In this document: positions 9,814 to 21,810 of the stretch, in pieces
How positions within the stretch are numbered: the stretch's first letter is position 1
Layout: every line of letters begins with the position of its first letter
Source of the DNA: a cyanobacterium endosymbiont of Epithemia turgida isolate EtSB Lake Yunoko
Lineage (GTDB): Bacteria; Cyanobacteriota; Cyanobacteriia; Cyanobacteriales; Microcystaceae
Length of the DNA: 32,000 nt
Reading direction: 5' to 3'
NCBI RefSeq assembly: GCF_000829235.1
Contig: NZ_AP012549.1
Coordinates: 1,980,001-2,012,000, forward strand
The notes under the pieces: model-generated
The model's database searches: none
What the model saw: only the letters and a program-made list of their open reading frames with translations
Told to the model about the DNA's origin: nothing
Translations under genes and position numbers: made by a program

Positions 9814-12051
9814 AACTAAAAACGAATTTATATCAAGTTTCCGCCAAAAGATTAAAATCCTCACCCCTGAGTTTGCTATCCGTTTAAACTAACGCAGGTG
9901 ATTAGCATTAGTAACACGAGAATAAATCTTCATGGCTTGTTATTTTTTTTTGTTGTTGAGAGTTTATATAAATTTGTTTAACTTACTAATCTAGTGATAT
10001 TTTTAATCATATTAAATATAATAAAATATATGTAAATTTTTCCATAACTATGCATATAAGTTGAGATTGTAAAAGAGTAAAATATGCAGTATTATTAGTA
10101 TATGTAGAAAGTTGAAAACCGATGGCTTTTTTATATAAAAGAAATAAAGAGATAATAGAAGTATATTTTTTAAGTTTAGGTTTATAGTTGTTGAAGAAAA
10201 TAGAATAAGTTAGTATAGATTGTGAATGTTGTATAAAAATATTATTAAATAAATATTCCCCAATCATTAAATAGTAGCGGTCAGGTTTCATGTCATAAAA
10301 TAGCTTAAATAAAGGTCCGCCAAAGAAAATCTAAAAAGAGAGAAAAAAAATTAACAATAAAAGAACAAGAGAAACCCCTAGTTAGTAGAACTTATAAAAT
10401 ACAATTTATTAAGAGACAAGCTGATAGGCAAACTAACTTTGATAATCTTATAAAGAGAGTTTTATTAAACTTAATCTGTAAAAGTTCAATATATTTATAG
10501 CATCTTGTTAGGTAGGGTTTATTCCCGTCATCTAGATCTTATTGTCAATCTTAAACTTAAAGGATAAATAGATAATTTTAATGAGATTAAATTTATCGTT
10601 AATACCTTCTAACACCCCTTAGTTTAAAACCTAAAACGTACAGCTTTTTAGCTATAACCAATAATATTGTCAAATCTAATTAATTTATTTTTTGCTTTAT
10701 GAGTGTCAAAATAAGTAACAATATATTTTATATATAATCATGATTTTTTTAAAAAACCTAGATTATTAAACTATTTATCTTCTGTATTTTACATATTAAA
10801 AAGGATGTAATAATTAAAAATTAACTTCTTTATCAAAAATATTTGCGGTAAAACAATATTTTTATATTGACTAAATTCAATTAATATAACTATTTTAGAG
10901 ATAAATAATATTATATATAATTTATAAAAATACTATTTTAGTCTATAACTATTTTAATAGTTATCTTATTTTTTATTTCTGTAATCTCTACTCTTCCTTT
11001 TTTATCTTTATCTGCTGACACTGTATAATATTTTTGTTTCTTTTAAGCACAGTAATTTTACTAAATATCAACTAGTTTCAATACTGAAACTTTTCTATCT
11101 GTAATTATCAATCTAAATCTTTGATCATTGTTTTTCTCTATTGTTTACTCACCCACTTTTTGATGATGAATTTTAAATTACATTATTTATAATCTCTATC
11201 GCAATTTTTTCTTTAAATTTTTCAGTATATTTTCTTTTTAAGAAAGCTAACTCTTATTTCAAAGTTAAAACACATTGATCATATCTTATTTTACGACGAT
11301 CTATATTGAGATAGACGGCTTTATCTACTTAATGCAAATAAATAATAGTTAATTGATTACTTTGATAAATTTTCTTTGTGGTTAAACTGCAATAAATATA
11401 AATTAAATTGCTGTCAGGTCTATTTTGGTGACTAATTAAACTATTACTATCTGATTTAAGATATTACAACTGGTAATGATGAGTATTTTAAAATTTAAAT
11501 TATTATTGATTCAACCTAGTTCAATTTAATTTGAATAAAAAAAAATAGGACATTTTCTATACAATAATTATTGTTGTTTATAAGGTGATGATTTAAAATT
11601 AAAATTTATAGGCTTTACTTTTGTGTTTTTTTTATTCAAATAGACTATTCCTAATTGTTGATATTGGGAAGAATATCAGTTTTTGTATGGTAGCTCGGCG
11701 TTGAATTCAACAAATTTTCCAAATCTGCTGTTGTGTAATGTTAATGCTGTTAAGATCAATGTAAAAGTAAATAACTATGAAAACGCAATATAGCATAGAC
11801 TATATTTACTTTTACATTGATCTTATAAAGAGAAGATATGAAAAAGCTATTTTAACTCTTTCAATAAATTAAAAATAACCCGAGTAGTAGTTATAAATGT
11901 ACAAGTTTAGGAGCAATCGTTTCATATGATTTAGCTCAACTTTATGAAGGAGATCTCATTTTGAATTTCTGAAATTTAAAAAGGAAGTTGCCTTACTATC
12001 TAGTTACCAATTAACCTAGAGAATAAGAAAGAATTTAACAGTAAAAATATC
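9814..12051. other. AT-rich non-coding spacer (2238 bp)
   Basis: The only track ORF (10007-10291, minus) is an I/L/F/Y/N/K-rich translation of AT-rich DNA. A hand count of line 10861-10920 gives 6 G+C in 60 nt. Confidence 0.75.
11751..11825. repeat. perfect inverted repeat, 23-bp arms, 29-nt spacer with an inner 5-bp stem
   Basis: TAAGATCAATGTAAAAGTAAATA (11751-11773) and TATTTACTTTTACATTGATCTTA (11803-11825) are exact reverse complements. Inner pair: CTATG (11775-11779) / CATAG (11794-11798). Confidence 0.97.
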
Positions 12052-12876
12052 ATGACGATAATTGAAGCAAAATTAAGACAAATTAAAACCCTTTTTAGTC
12101 AGATGGAACGAGTATTAATTGCCTATTCTGGAGGTGTTGATAGCACTTTAGTCGCTAAGGTGGCTTATGATGTGTTAGGTGAACGCGCTTTAGCGATAAC
12201 GGCAGTCTCTCTTTCTTTACTCCCTGAAGAGTTAAAAGATGCTAAAATTCAAGCAGCTGCCATTGGCATTGCCCATGAATGGGTAGAAACTCACGAGATG
12301 GACAATTCTAATTATACTGCCAACCTCATTGACCGTTGCTATTTCTGTAAAAGTGAACTCCACGATACTTTAAAGCCCTTAGCTTTACAGCGAGGATATT
12401 CCTACGTAGTCGATGGGGTAAATGCTGATGATATTTACGATTATCGTCCTGGGATTCAAGCAGCTAGAGAGCGAGGGGTGCGATCACCTCTTTTGGAAGT
12501 GGGTATCACTAAAGCTGATGTTCGGCAATTATCCAAAGAATTAGGGCTTTCTTGCTGGGACAAACCTGCTAGACCTTGCTTAAGTTCCCGCTTTCCCTAT
12601 GGGGAAAAAATTACGGTTAGTAAACTGCAACGAGTTGGACGAGCAGAGATTTACTTATACAAGTTGGGCTACAAAAATTTTCGGGTTCGTTCCCAAGGAG
12701 ATACGGCTAAAATTGAATTACCCCCAGACCAGATCAGAGAATTTGTTCTTACTATTAATTTATCTCAATTAGTTGCTCAATTTCAAAACTATGGCTTTAT
12801 GTATGTTACCTTGGACTTGGAAGGTTATCGTAGTGGAAAATTGAACCAAGTTTTAAACACAATAACACTTAAATAA
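12052..12876 (+). CDS. larE: PP-loop ATP pyrophosphatase, LarE-type sulfur transferase family
   Basis: 274 aa with PP-loop SGGVDS (aa 26-31). Cys in PCLSSR at position 176, plus CYFC (C96, C99). Size and motif order fit the LarE/TIGR00268 family. Confidence 0.78.
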   Translation: MTIIEAKLRQIKTLFSQMERVLIAYSGGVDSTLVAKVAYDVLGERALAITAVSLSLLPEELKDAKIQAAAIGIAHEWVETHEMDNSNYTANLIDRCYFCKSELHDTLKPLALQRGYSYVVDGVNADDIYDYRPGIQAARERGVRSPLLEVGITKADVRQLSKELGLSCWDKPARPCLSSRFPYGEKITVSKLQRVGRAEIYLYKLGYKNFRVRSQGDTAKIELPPDQIREFVLTINLSQLVAQFQNYGFMYVTLDLEGYRSGKLNQVLNTITLK

Positions 12877-13176
12877 GAATACCCCACTTTTCGTCAGTAC
12901 GGTCACTTTTTAACCAGTTCCGTATTTTGTTTATAACAAGAATTAGTCTCTTCTAAGCAAGGTATAAAAATAAGTTATTTTTTTTCGAGAAAATATCCCA
13001 AAATAACTAATGCAGAAATGATGGTTTACAAGATTGTAGTATAAATTACTGTCTACTGAACAGTGTTAGAGCAGAGTGCACTTTCTGTTCTTGAATATAC
13101 ATTGTCTGATTCAGACATTCCTCTGGGAATAGAATTACTATAAACTATTAATAATTCACTAACTCGGCCCTAACTT

Positions 13177-14049
13177 ATGACAAAACGGGCATTATTGCTA
13201 ATCAATCGCCATGCTCGCAAAGGTCGAAACAGCTTCGCTCATGCAGTGGATGTCTTAAATGACCTAGGGTTTGAGTTAATCACTGTTCCGGTTAAACGTC
13301 CTGAGTATATGCCTCAAGTAGTACGCCGCCACAGAGATAGTATAGATTTGGTGATTGTAGGAGGAGGAGATGGAACCCTAAATGCAATAGTGGATAGTTT
13401 AGTGGATATGAAACTGCCTTTAGGAATTTTACCTTTAGGAACTGCTAATGATCTAGCTCGCACTCTGAAAATTCCCCTGGCAGTTGAATCGGCGTGTCGA
13501 GTGATTGCTCAAGGTCAACTTAAATATATTGATCTCGGTTGCGTTAATGGGAAACATTTTTTTAACGTAGCAAGTCTAGGGCTGAGCGTAGAAATAACTG
13601 GCAAGTTATCGAAAGGAGCGAAACGCCGTTGGGGTGTTTTGTCCTACGCCATGACTGCGTTGCAAGTAATTGGACAAACTCGTCCTTTTAATGCTGAAAT
13701 TGTAGTCAATGATAAATCGGTCCGTGTTAAAACCATTCAGATTGCGGTGGGTAACGGGCGATTTTATGGAGGAGGAATGGCTATCGCCAAGGATGCAACT
13801 ATCGATGACCAAAGATTAGATCTCTATAGTCTGGAACTAAACTATTGGTGGCAAATATTCCCTCTGCTATGGAGACTTCCACAAGGACAACATGGGGTAT
13901 TACCGTGGGTACGAACTATTGAAGGAGAAACAATGGAAATTTACACGCGTAAATCCCATTCCATTAATACCGATGGAGAAATCACTAGCAAAACTCCGGC
14001 TGCGTTTCGAGTAGTTTCGCACGCTTTAGGAGTCTTGGTTCCTTTATAA
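13177..14049 (+). CDS. diacylglycerol-kinase-fold lipid kinase (YegS/BmrU family)
   Basis: 290 aa. Nucleotide-binding GGGDGTLN motif followed by LGILPLGTANDLAR, typical of the DAGK catalytic domain family. Confidence 0.85.
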   Translation: MTKRALLLINRHARKGRNSFAHAVDVLNDLGFELITVPVKRPEYMPQVVRRHRDSIDLVIVGGGDGTLNAIVDSLVDMKLPLGILPLGTANDLARTLKIPLAVESACRVIAQGQLKYIDLGCVNGKHFFNVASLGLSVEITGKLSKGAKRRWGVLSYAMTALQVIGQTRPFNAEIVVNDKSVRVKTIQIAVGNGRFYGGGMAIAKDATIDDQRLDLYSLELNYWWQIFPLLWRLPQGQHGVLPWVRTIEGETMEIYTRKSHSINTDGEITSKTPAAFRVVSHALGVLVPL

Positions 14050-16383
14050 ATTTAGAGTTTTCTTTGATAAAAACTATGGACAAATACTTGTCGAATGTTT
14101 TTGTTAACCAAAAACAGATGATGGCTTTATTTATACAGCTTTTTATCAGAAGATAGCGTATTGATTAGAAAAACGAGATTTATTTCGGGTAAATTGATTA
14201 ATATATGTAAGTTCCCCTGCTCGAGCGGGAGATAGAATACTCACATTCCTTATTTACAAACTAGCAAGCAAATTGCTGAAGAATTAGATTACTGCCTAGC
14301 TAAAGTTAGTATAAATACACTTGTATTCTAGTAGAAAATTAATCTGCTAGGTATAAAATAAAATATTATATAGATTTGCTTCCTTAAAAAGTTGTATATT
14401 TTATCTATAAATATGGGTTTTATGATAGACAAAAAAGAGTACGCTCTTTTTAAAAATAGGCAGAATTACAACCATAATAATCGCTTTTTATAGGTAAAAA
14501 TATTAAGTGTTTTAAAAACTTAATATTTTTAATATATTACAGGTTCTTCCCCATTATAAAAAAGTATTTCCTGGTTTAATTAGCTATAATTTCTATAATT
14601 ATCTTGCGAAACTTATACCCTAGTCAGTAGCATTACTGTGCTATTTTCCCTGAACTTACAAAGGATAAATTACAGGTATTAGCTTCACTAATTGAGTTTT
14701 TAAAGGACTAGTTAGATAGATTCAAAATTCTGTGGTATAGTATTAAAGATTTAAACCTAATTCAATCATAAATGACTGCGATGAATATTGACTTTTAAGT
14801 TAGCTTCATACAACATAAACGACCATCAGTTCGTCAGTTAAAGTAAGATTTGATCGGTAAACTATCTAGGTATCAAGGACACATTCTTAATAAACTATTT
14901 TTAAAAAAATATCAATAATAACTTTAAAAGATTACTTATCATCAACAGAATATAAAACAAAAGTTAGCAAACATGGTTATACTCAGCTCAGTTACATAAA
15001 AAAACTTCTTTTGATTGAAGCTCAAAAGGTAGGTGAGTTTTGTTTCCTACTGTTTTCAAATAACTACTGCAGTCTTGATTATTAGTAGTTATTTTTTATG
15101 TAAATATTTACCTTGTCGTATTTTGACTGAGTCAAAACTTATATTATTTAACATCCATCATCATTATAGATTGATATAAAAAAATGATCATAGTCTTTCT
15201 CTATTACCCAAACTTTTTCTTTAACTCTCGTTGAATTCATTGAAAATAACAATGGCTTCAAATACGATAAAAACTTATATAAACCTTAAAAAAAATAAAT
15301 TGGACTATTTTGGGTAATTAAACTCATTTTTCATCTTCAAAAGATATCAACGCTCAAGAAATTTATCAAAATTATCACGTTTGCAAAATTATACGCGGTT
15401 GCGTTCAAATAACTTTAATAATCAGGAAAATGTTTTGTTGAAGATCTATTTCAGAGCGGCTTATGGGGTAAGTTTTTAACCATCTACCAATATCCCTATT
15501 CCTTATGTCGCAAACTAAGAGACCTAGATTGATAATCAATTTTCCACTCAACTAGACCAAAATTAGAAGGTGAAGATAGATTAGAAAAGACAAGTCTACT
15601 CAGGAGAAATAAATTAGTCTTGATGAGCTATTCTTTCGAAGTTTATTTAGTACTGGTTCAAGGATAAGCAAAACTGAAGTCGATCAATAAAACTACTATA
15701 AGTATCGGTTATGATGGCAGTACATATTATCCATACATCAGTATTAGTAAATAATTGGTGTACAATAGAAGGTTGAAGTTAATCTTACCAAGAAACAATT
15801 GACTTTTTTAAAAATAAAAATTTTTAATAATAAAGCGGTTATTTATTTCTTCATAACTGCGTTATTATTTTTCGCTCAAGACAGTCGCTGTGTTCCGGTG
15901 ACGGATGAACGATAATATAAGTGATACCACTTATTACTGATAAGTCTTTGATATCTCCTAAAGCCTTGCCTTGCTCCCAACTTTTATTTTTTAATTGGAG
16001 AATATGAGGAAAATAATCACTAAATTAGTTAGTTGTTATCTTCTCGATTAGAATATAAAATATGGCAATTAAAAAGTCTGTACGTATAAGTATTTTTATG
16101 GAAAAGGAAGAAACCCTGGCAATCGGGTGGGGTTAATTAGTAGTTAAGGAAGACTTTTTTATTGACCATCGACTAAAGACTAGCTTAAGTGAATAAATTT
16201 GGCTCATTTAGCTTTTATTTTTCTAGTGTAGACTGGCTATGAAGAAATATTTATAAATAAAAACTAAAAATTAAGTTTCTATTATTAGAGAATGCAGTTA
16301 TGATAAAAATTTTATAAGTTATTAGCGACTGAGTTATTAGTCATAATTTAGAAGAGCTATTTATCTTAGTATTTGGAGGTAAA
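14050..16383. other. AT-rich non-coding spacer (2334 bp)
   Basis: No track ORF. It contains several short AT hairpins, for example 14-bp arms at 14495-14508 / 14518-14531. Confidence 0.8.
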
Positions 16384-18414
16384 ATGAAGGTGGTAATACC
16401 AGAAATACAACAGAGAGTTACGAAATTACGACAACAACTACAAAAAGCTAATTATGCTTATTATGTTCTCGACAACCCTATTATAGAGGACTCGATTTAT
16501 GATCAACTTTATCGAGAACTACAAAATATTGAAAGTCAACATCCGTTATTAATTACCCCAGATAGTCCTACCCAACGAGTGGGAGAAAAACTAACTTCTC
16601 AATTTATTTCTATTCCCCATCATATTCCTCTCTATAGTCTAGAAAACGCTTTTAGTCTCGATGAATTAAAGAAGTGGCAAGAACGCTGGCAAAGTCGTTA
16701 TGGAGTCATAAATAATAAAAATATCGACTATGTTTGTGAATTAAAAATTGATGGAGCAGCGTTAGCTTTAACCTACAAAAATGGACTGTTAATTAAAGGA
16801 CTTACCAGAGGTGATGGAAAAACAGGAGAGGATATTACCCAAAATGTGCGGACTATTCGGTCTATTCCACTAAAATTAGCTTTAGATGATTCTTCTACTA
16901 TAGTTGAAATTCGTGGCGAAGCTTTTTTACCCCTCGATGAATTTGAGCGCTTAAATGTAGAGCGAGGAGAAGTAAAAGAAAGCCCCTTCGCTAACCCCCG
17001 TAATGCTGTCGCCGGAACCCTCAGACAGTTAGATCCAAAGGTAGTGAATCAACGACGGTTACAATTTTTCGCTTATACTTTACATTTGCCTCAAAACAAC
17101 CCGTTAAATAGCCAATGGGAGTCTTTAGAATGGTTAAAAAATCAAGGGTTTTTAGTTAACCCTCACCGTCAATTATGCCCCTCTTTAGAAGCCGTTGTTA
17201 ATTACTTTCGTCATTGGGAAACCGCCAGACACTACTTGCCTTATATAACTGACGGGGTGGTAGTTAAACTGAATAATTTTAGACTACAAAAACAATTGGG
17301 ATTTACCAAAAAATTTCCCAGGTGGGCAATCGCTCTCAAATATCCCGCAGAAGAATCCATCACGATAGTTAAGGACATTATTGTTAATGTGGGAAGAACG
17401 GGGGCTGTTACCCCTGTGGCACTTATGGAGCCCGTCCATTTGGGAGGAACCATTGTTCGACGCGCAACGTTACATAATCACGATCGCCTGACTGAGTTGA
17501 ATGTCCATGTGGGGGATACAGTGATTATTCGTAAAGCAGGAGAAATTATTCCTGAAGTCCTACGAGTTTTACCAGAATTACACCCTCTCCATAGCGAACC
17601 CTATAAAATGCCTAGTCATTGTCCTGAATGTGGTTCAATGTTAGTCCGTCCTCTGGGAGAAGCGGTGACGCGGTGTATTTATATTTCCTGCCCAGCTGTT
17701 TTGCGGGGGAGTTTAGTTCACTGGGCTTCCCGTGATGCCTTAGATATTCAAGGGTTGGGGGAAAAAATTATCATTTTATTAGTTAATAATGGGTTAGTTA
17801 AATCTATTGCTGACTTGTATTATTTAACACCTGAAAACATGACTACTTTAGACCGCATAGGTCAAAAATATGCTTGTAATTTAGTTGCCGCTATTAACAA
17901 TAGTAAAAAGCAACCTTGGGCACGAGTTCTTTATGGGTTGGGCATCCGTTATGTGGGTAGTGTTACGGCTAAATTATTAGCTAATAATTTTCATAGTGCG
18001 GAACAATTATCCCGGGTATCAGTAGCGTCTTTAAGTTCAGTTTATGGAGTAGGAGAAAAAATTGCTAAATCTATTTATGATTGGTTTAATATTCCTAAAA
18101 ATACAACATTAATAAAACGGTTAGAAGAGGTAGGAATACAGTTAAAAACTTCTTATAATTCTATAGAAAAAACAGCATCAATACGACAATTTTTTTTAAA
18201 TAAAATTTTTGTTATTACGGGAAAATTACCAACTTTAACACGGAGTAAAGCAAAGGATTTAATTGAGAAAGAAGGAGGTAAAGTCACAGGTTCAGTGAGT
18301 CGTAATACTGATTATTTATTAATCGGAGAAAACGGAGGATTAAAACTAAAGAAAGCTAGAATTTTAAAAGTTAATTTATTGACTGAAAAAGAATTATTAA
18401 ATTTACTTGAATAA
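16384..18414 (+). CDS. ligA: NAD-dependent DNA ligase
   Basis: 676 aa. Adenylation motif CELKIDG, four-Cys zinc finger (CPECGS...CIYISCP), HhH region and C-terminal BRCT domain. GGAGG lies 5 nt upstream of the ATG. Confidence 0.97.
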   Translation: MKVVIPEIQQRVTKLRQQLQKANYAYYVLDNPIIEDSIYDQLYRELQNIESQHPLLITPDSPTQRVGEKLTSQFISIPHHIPLYSLENAFSLDELKKWQERWQSRYGVINNKNIDYVCELKIDGAALALTYKNGLLIKGLTRGDGKTGEDITQNVRTIRSIPLKLALDDSSTIVEIRGEAFLPLDEFERLNVERGEVKESPFANPRNAVAGTLRQLDPKVVNQRRLQFFAYTLHLPQNNPLNSQWESLEWLKNQGFLVNPHRQLCPSLEAVVNYFRHWETARHYLPYITDGVVVKLNNFRLQKQLGFTKKFPRWAIALKYPAEESITIVKDIIVNVGRTGAVTPVALMEPVHLGGTIVRRATLHNHDRLTELNVHVGDTVIIRKAGEIIPEVLRVLPELHPLHSEPYKMPSHCPECGSMLVRPLGEAVTRCIYISCPAVLRGSLVHWASRDALDIQGLGEKIIILLVNNGLVKSIADLYYLTPENMTTLDRIGQKYACNLVAAINNSKKQPWARVLYGLGIRYVGSVTAKLLANNFHSAEQLSRVSVASLSSVYGVGEKIAKSIYDWFNIPKNTTLIKRLEEVGIQLKTSYNSIEKTASIRQFFLNKIFVITGKLPTLTRSKAKDLIEKEGGKVTGSVSRNTDYLLIGENGGLKLKKARILKVNLLTEKELLNLLE

Positions 18415-20665
18415 AATAATTTTTAATAAAAATAAAAAAAAATATTCTCAATATTTATATCCAAATAAACTTATAAAAAATATCAGAAGGCAAAGCAAAC
18501 CGAATTTTCTAGGTTCTAGGCTAAATCTCAAAAAAGTTTTTCAGGTAACTAAGTATGAGTCTTTAGTCGAATATGAAAGTGGATAAAACTCTTTGGTAGC
18601 TCAAATTTTTGATATAAAAAATATTATTAAGTTGATTGTTAACGGGTTCATTCAAAAAATGTTTAAAAAGTAAAAACTTACCAATTAATTTTAATAATTT
18701 TTACTTTAAATTATCTTGATAATAAGTGATTATTTGACTTTTATATTAATATATAGGTTTAAAAAATTTATTAGTAATATTTCCTTGATCTTTAAATAAT
18801 TTTCAAATTAAATCTTACCTTAACTTACAAAAAAGTTGATGTTCATCTGTGTTGCCTATAGTTAACTTAAAATTTAATATTTAGCGCTGTTATTTATAAT
18901 TTAACTTAGTTGAAATTCCTAATACTATTCCACCTATCCCACATAATTTTGGTTCCATTCAATTAGGTTTTTAGAAACTAGGTTATTTATACTGCGAGGA
19001 TAATAAGATATTTCTATTTAAGTAGAGTAAATGAAACTAATTACTATTATTTTTACTTAAAGCTATTTTCTCCTCATTATTTCAGTTTTACTTTAACTAA
19101 ACCACTTGTATACACTAAGTAATTGTCAGTAATAATTATTGAATAATATAAGTTTATATATCCTATAATTATAGGGTTTAAATATATTTAATATATACTT
19201 TATTTAAACTTATTATCTTTGACTTATTGGATAATCTACTTTTTTTATTTTTTTTAAAATTTATTTAAATTTTATTTTTTTAATTTTATTTTTTAAATCA
19301 AACATTTATACTCTTATTATCGTTCCGGAATAAATTTTTGCTCACAAGTAAACTTAGATAGTTCTTATATTTTTAATACTATTAGCTAAATTTTAAACAG
19401 CTTGATATCTAGATAATCGTTTTTTCTTAAGTAATTTTATATTTTAAACTTCTTTAATATCAACCACTTACTATTGAATCTATATTAGGTATTACTCATA
19501 ATAAAAATTATAGTAAACAAATATATTAATTTATATTAATTTATATTTATTGACTATTTTAAATCATAAAAAAAGTAGTGTTTTTTTATTTATGTTAGCA
19601 TAGTTAATTTTTATTTATTTTTATTTCTAATTTAAAGCACCGCGCTTAATTTTATTTAAACTAAAAACTGAACTAAGGAAATTATTGAACAACTAAGAGA
19701 ATAGCTTCTTTGTGATATCTTTTTTTGCCCAAGTTCTAACTCCCGAAGCCGCTCATCAAATATATGGAAAAGTTTTACCAATCTTTAATTTTTCAAGAGT
19801 ATCCAGTCAATGACAGACGTTAGTAAAAAAGCTCAAAAGATATAGAGTCTCTACTCAAATTATTTATAATTTCAGATTCTGTAATCAAAACCACTTTCTC
19901 TCTATTTCTACGTTTGATAATAAACTATTTTTATTGTCTGTGAAGAAAAAATTTTATAAAAGAGGATAAATTAATGCTCGGAGACTCTATAATAATCAAT
20001 TACGAGCATGTTTATTAACATATAGTCCAATATTTTTTATAATTATTAGTATTCTGTAAATTTTTACAAACCTTTTAGAGAATACAAATAGTAGTATAAT
20101 TCTGTTATAAACAGGTTATTATAATTTTGAATTAATTATCATGGTAAATTTTAAAAATTGCTCTTGAACCTAATTTATATATAAGTGGGGTGGGCTAGGG
20201 TGTCGGCATACAAATTATTGTAATCCTATCAATTCTCTAGCCACAATGTGTGATATTATATATTTTTATATTGATTATCTTAATTCTCTCCATTGTTTTT
20301 TTATAATAGGTTTAAATCTGAATCTTGACCATAAATTAACTAAAATACTTTTAAAATCACCTGTAAACACCCTTTGATTTCAATTGAAAGAAGTGAATAA
20401 CAAACTTGTTGGTAGTAGGTATCTTAAGAGTTTTTAGATGCAGTACTATTTTAAGTGTCATTGGAGGTTATGTTACAAATAATCTTGGGAACTGTTTGTA
20501 AATTAAATTTTACAAAAACTGTAGAGTATATTCTAGTACACCAGAAAAACCATCTTGGTACGTTGTGTAACAATAAAAATTACCCAAAAAACTGTAGCTT
20601 ACCTAACGTACCCTACTTACATTTCTTGTTTAATAAAAATTTTTAAGACAAAATAATATCAGGAT
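18415..20665. other. AT-rich non-coding spacer (2251 bp) with low-complexity T/A tracts
   Basis: The only track ORF (20455-20646) has no support. Line 19261-19320 has 4 G+C in 60 nt by hand count. Imperfect short tandem units occur at 19267-19294 and 19523-19552. Confidence 0.78.
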
Positions 20666-21403
20666 TTAGGACAGAATAGGCTGAAAAAATGCGATAATTT
20701 CTTTCCAAACTTCATCCGTTGCCACCGGATCAAACCGATAACCATCATCTCGCATAAAGGTATGATTGGCTTCATACTCCAAAATTTTATGGCGGATGTT
20801 CTGTTTTTCCAAGGTTTGCCTAATAATAACTCTGCCATCTTCTGGAACATGAGGATCTAAAGTTCCAAAAATCAGTAAGGCTTCTCCTTGAAGCTCTCCC
20901 ATTCTTGCAAGGGTATTTACTTTTTCTCGTCCCAACTTACCATTGTGAATTCCCGTAGGGTAAACATAAACCGATGCCTTAATCAAAGGGTTAAATGCTG
21001 CACGACAAGCCAGATGTCCACCAATACAAAAACCCATTGTCCCAATTTGTTGCGGGGAAACTGCTTCGTAATTACTCAAAAAATCAATCACAGCACAGGC
21101 ATCGGAGTCAAACTCACTCATTGAGGTTTTGCGGGCTGCCTCATTTCCTTGAATCCGTCCAAGATCTGTTGGTTCAATGATAGTTCCCAGAGGTAACTGA
21201 CGGTAATAAATCTCTGGGGCAGCCACTACAAAACCATAACCAGCTAAATGATCGGCTAGTCGGGTGATAGGACTTCCTAACTGATAAATATCACTATAAA
21301 ATAGAATTCCCGGGAAAGTTCCTTCCTGATTCGGACAAGCAATATAGACTCTCATTGCACTATCTTCCACAAGAAGGCTAATGTTCTGACGTTTGACTTG
21401 CAT
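20666..21403 (-). CDS. dienelactone hydrolase family protein
   Basis: 245 aa with an alpha/beta-hydrolase layout and the nucleophile motif GFCIGG (Cys nucleophile, characteristic of DLH). A His lies near the C-terminus (EANHTF). Confidence 0.85.
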   Translation of the reverse strand: MQVKRQNISLLVEDSAMRVYIACPNQEGTFPGILFYSDIYQLGSPITRLADHLAGYGFVVAAPEIYYRQLPLGTIIEPTDLGRIQGNEAARKTSMSEFDSDACAVIDFLSNYEAVSPQQIGTMGFCIGGHLACRAAFNPLIKASVYVYPTGIHNGKLGREKVNTLARMGELQGEALLIFGTLDPHVPEDGRVIIRQTLEKQNIRHKILEYEANHTFMRDDGYRFDPVATDEVWKEIIAFFQPILS

Positions 21404-21810
21404 ACTTCCAACAATTAGATTTTACTATTACTATTTTAGCGATTTATTTTATCTTTAATGATTAAAAAAACTAAACAATTAGTTCAGAAACTTACCTTTT
21501 TGCTTGAGATTGTTTAAAGTGGCACTGAATCTTTGATTTAGATGCCGTATGTCTTTTATTTATTTCAAAGCGTATAGACTAACTGCTACTATTGTGAGTT
21601 ATCGCAACAGAAATAAAATTGTGAAAAATGTTCTTATTTTAACTTTTCATTTAATCTTACAGGCTGTTTACTAGGGAAGCTTTTTTAAAACTTTAATTAT
21701 TTATCTAGTATTTTTATTAGCAAAAAATTAATTTTTAATACTAAACTCTACCTCTAGAATATCAAGTAAGGTTTTTCTATTTATTTAAAAATTTATGCAG
21801 TTTTCTGAGT

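Noticed and set aside
10007-10291. 94-aa minus-strand ORF in the lipA-larE desert
   Set aside because: The translation is dominated by I/L/F/Y/N/K, as expected from translating ~15-20% G+C DNA. It has no recognisable motif and no convincing ribosome-binding site. It could conceivably be a relic of a membrane protein, but I cannot support a CDS call.
15851-16023. Start-less open frame of ~57 codons on the minus strand (..WEQGKALGDIKDLSVISGITYIIVHPSPEHSDCLERKIITQL*) in a locally G+C-richer patch
   Set aside because: It has no start codon and no recognisable family. My rough estimate is that about ten open stretches of this length are expected by chance in the spacers. It is possibly a gene relic, but that is unprovable without a blastx search.
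19241-19300. Repetitive T/A tracts (TAAATTTTATTTTTT / TAATTTTATTTTTT) and 10-mer near-repeats at 19523-19552, considered as a possible CRISPR or minisatellite
   Set aside because: There are only 2-3 imperfect low-complexity units, with no unique spacers of constant length and no cas genes. This is simple-sequence slippage in ~7% G+C DNA.
20187-20206. G-run cluster GGGGTGGGCTAGGGTGTCGG in an AT desert, considered as a potential G-quadruplex
   Set aside because: The fourth run has only two G, so a canonical three-tetrad G4 cannot form. It is a single isolated occurrence.
20455-20646. 63-aa plus-strand ORF with a GTG start in the ligA-DLH desert; also the 63-aa minus-strand ORF at 28118-28309
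   Set aside because: They are short, AT-driven in composition, and have no motif or supporting neighbouring gene context. ORFs of this length are expected by chance among the several thousand stop-to-stop intervals in the spacers.
9814-20665. The three ~2.25-kb deserts (2238, 2334, 2251 bp) considered as decayed copies of one mobile element
   Set aside because: Reading the three side by side, I find no shared blocks, terminal inverted repeats or target duplications. The length similarity is probably coincidental. A sensitive pairwise alignment (e.g. dot plot with word size 8-10) would settle it.
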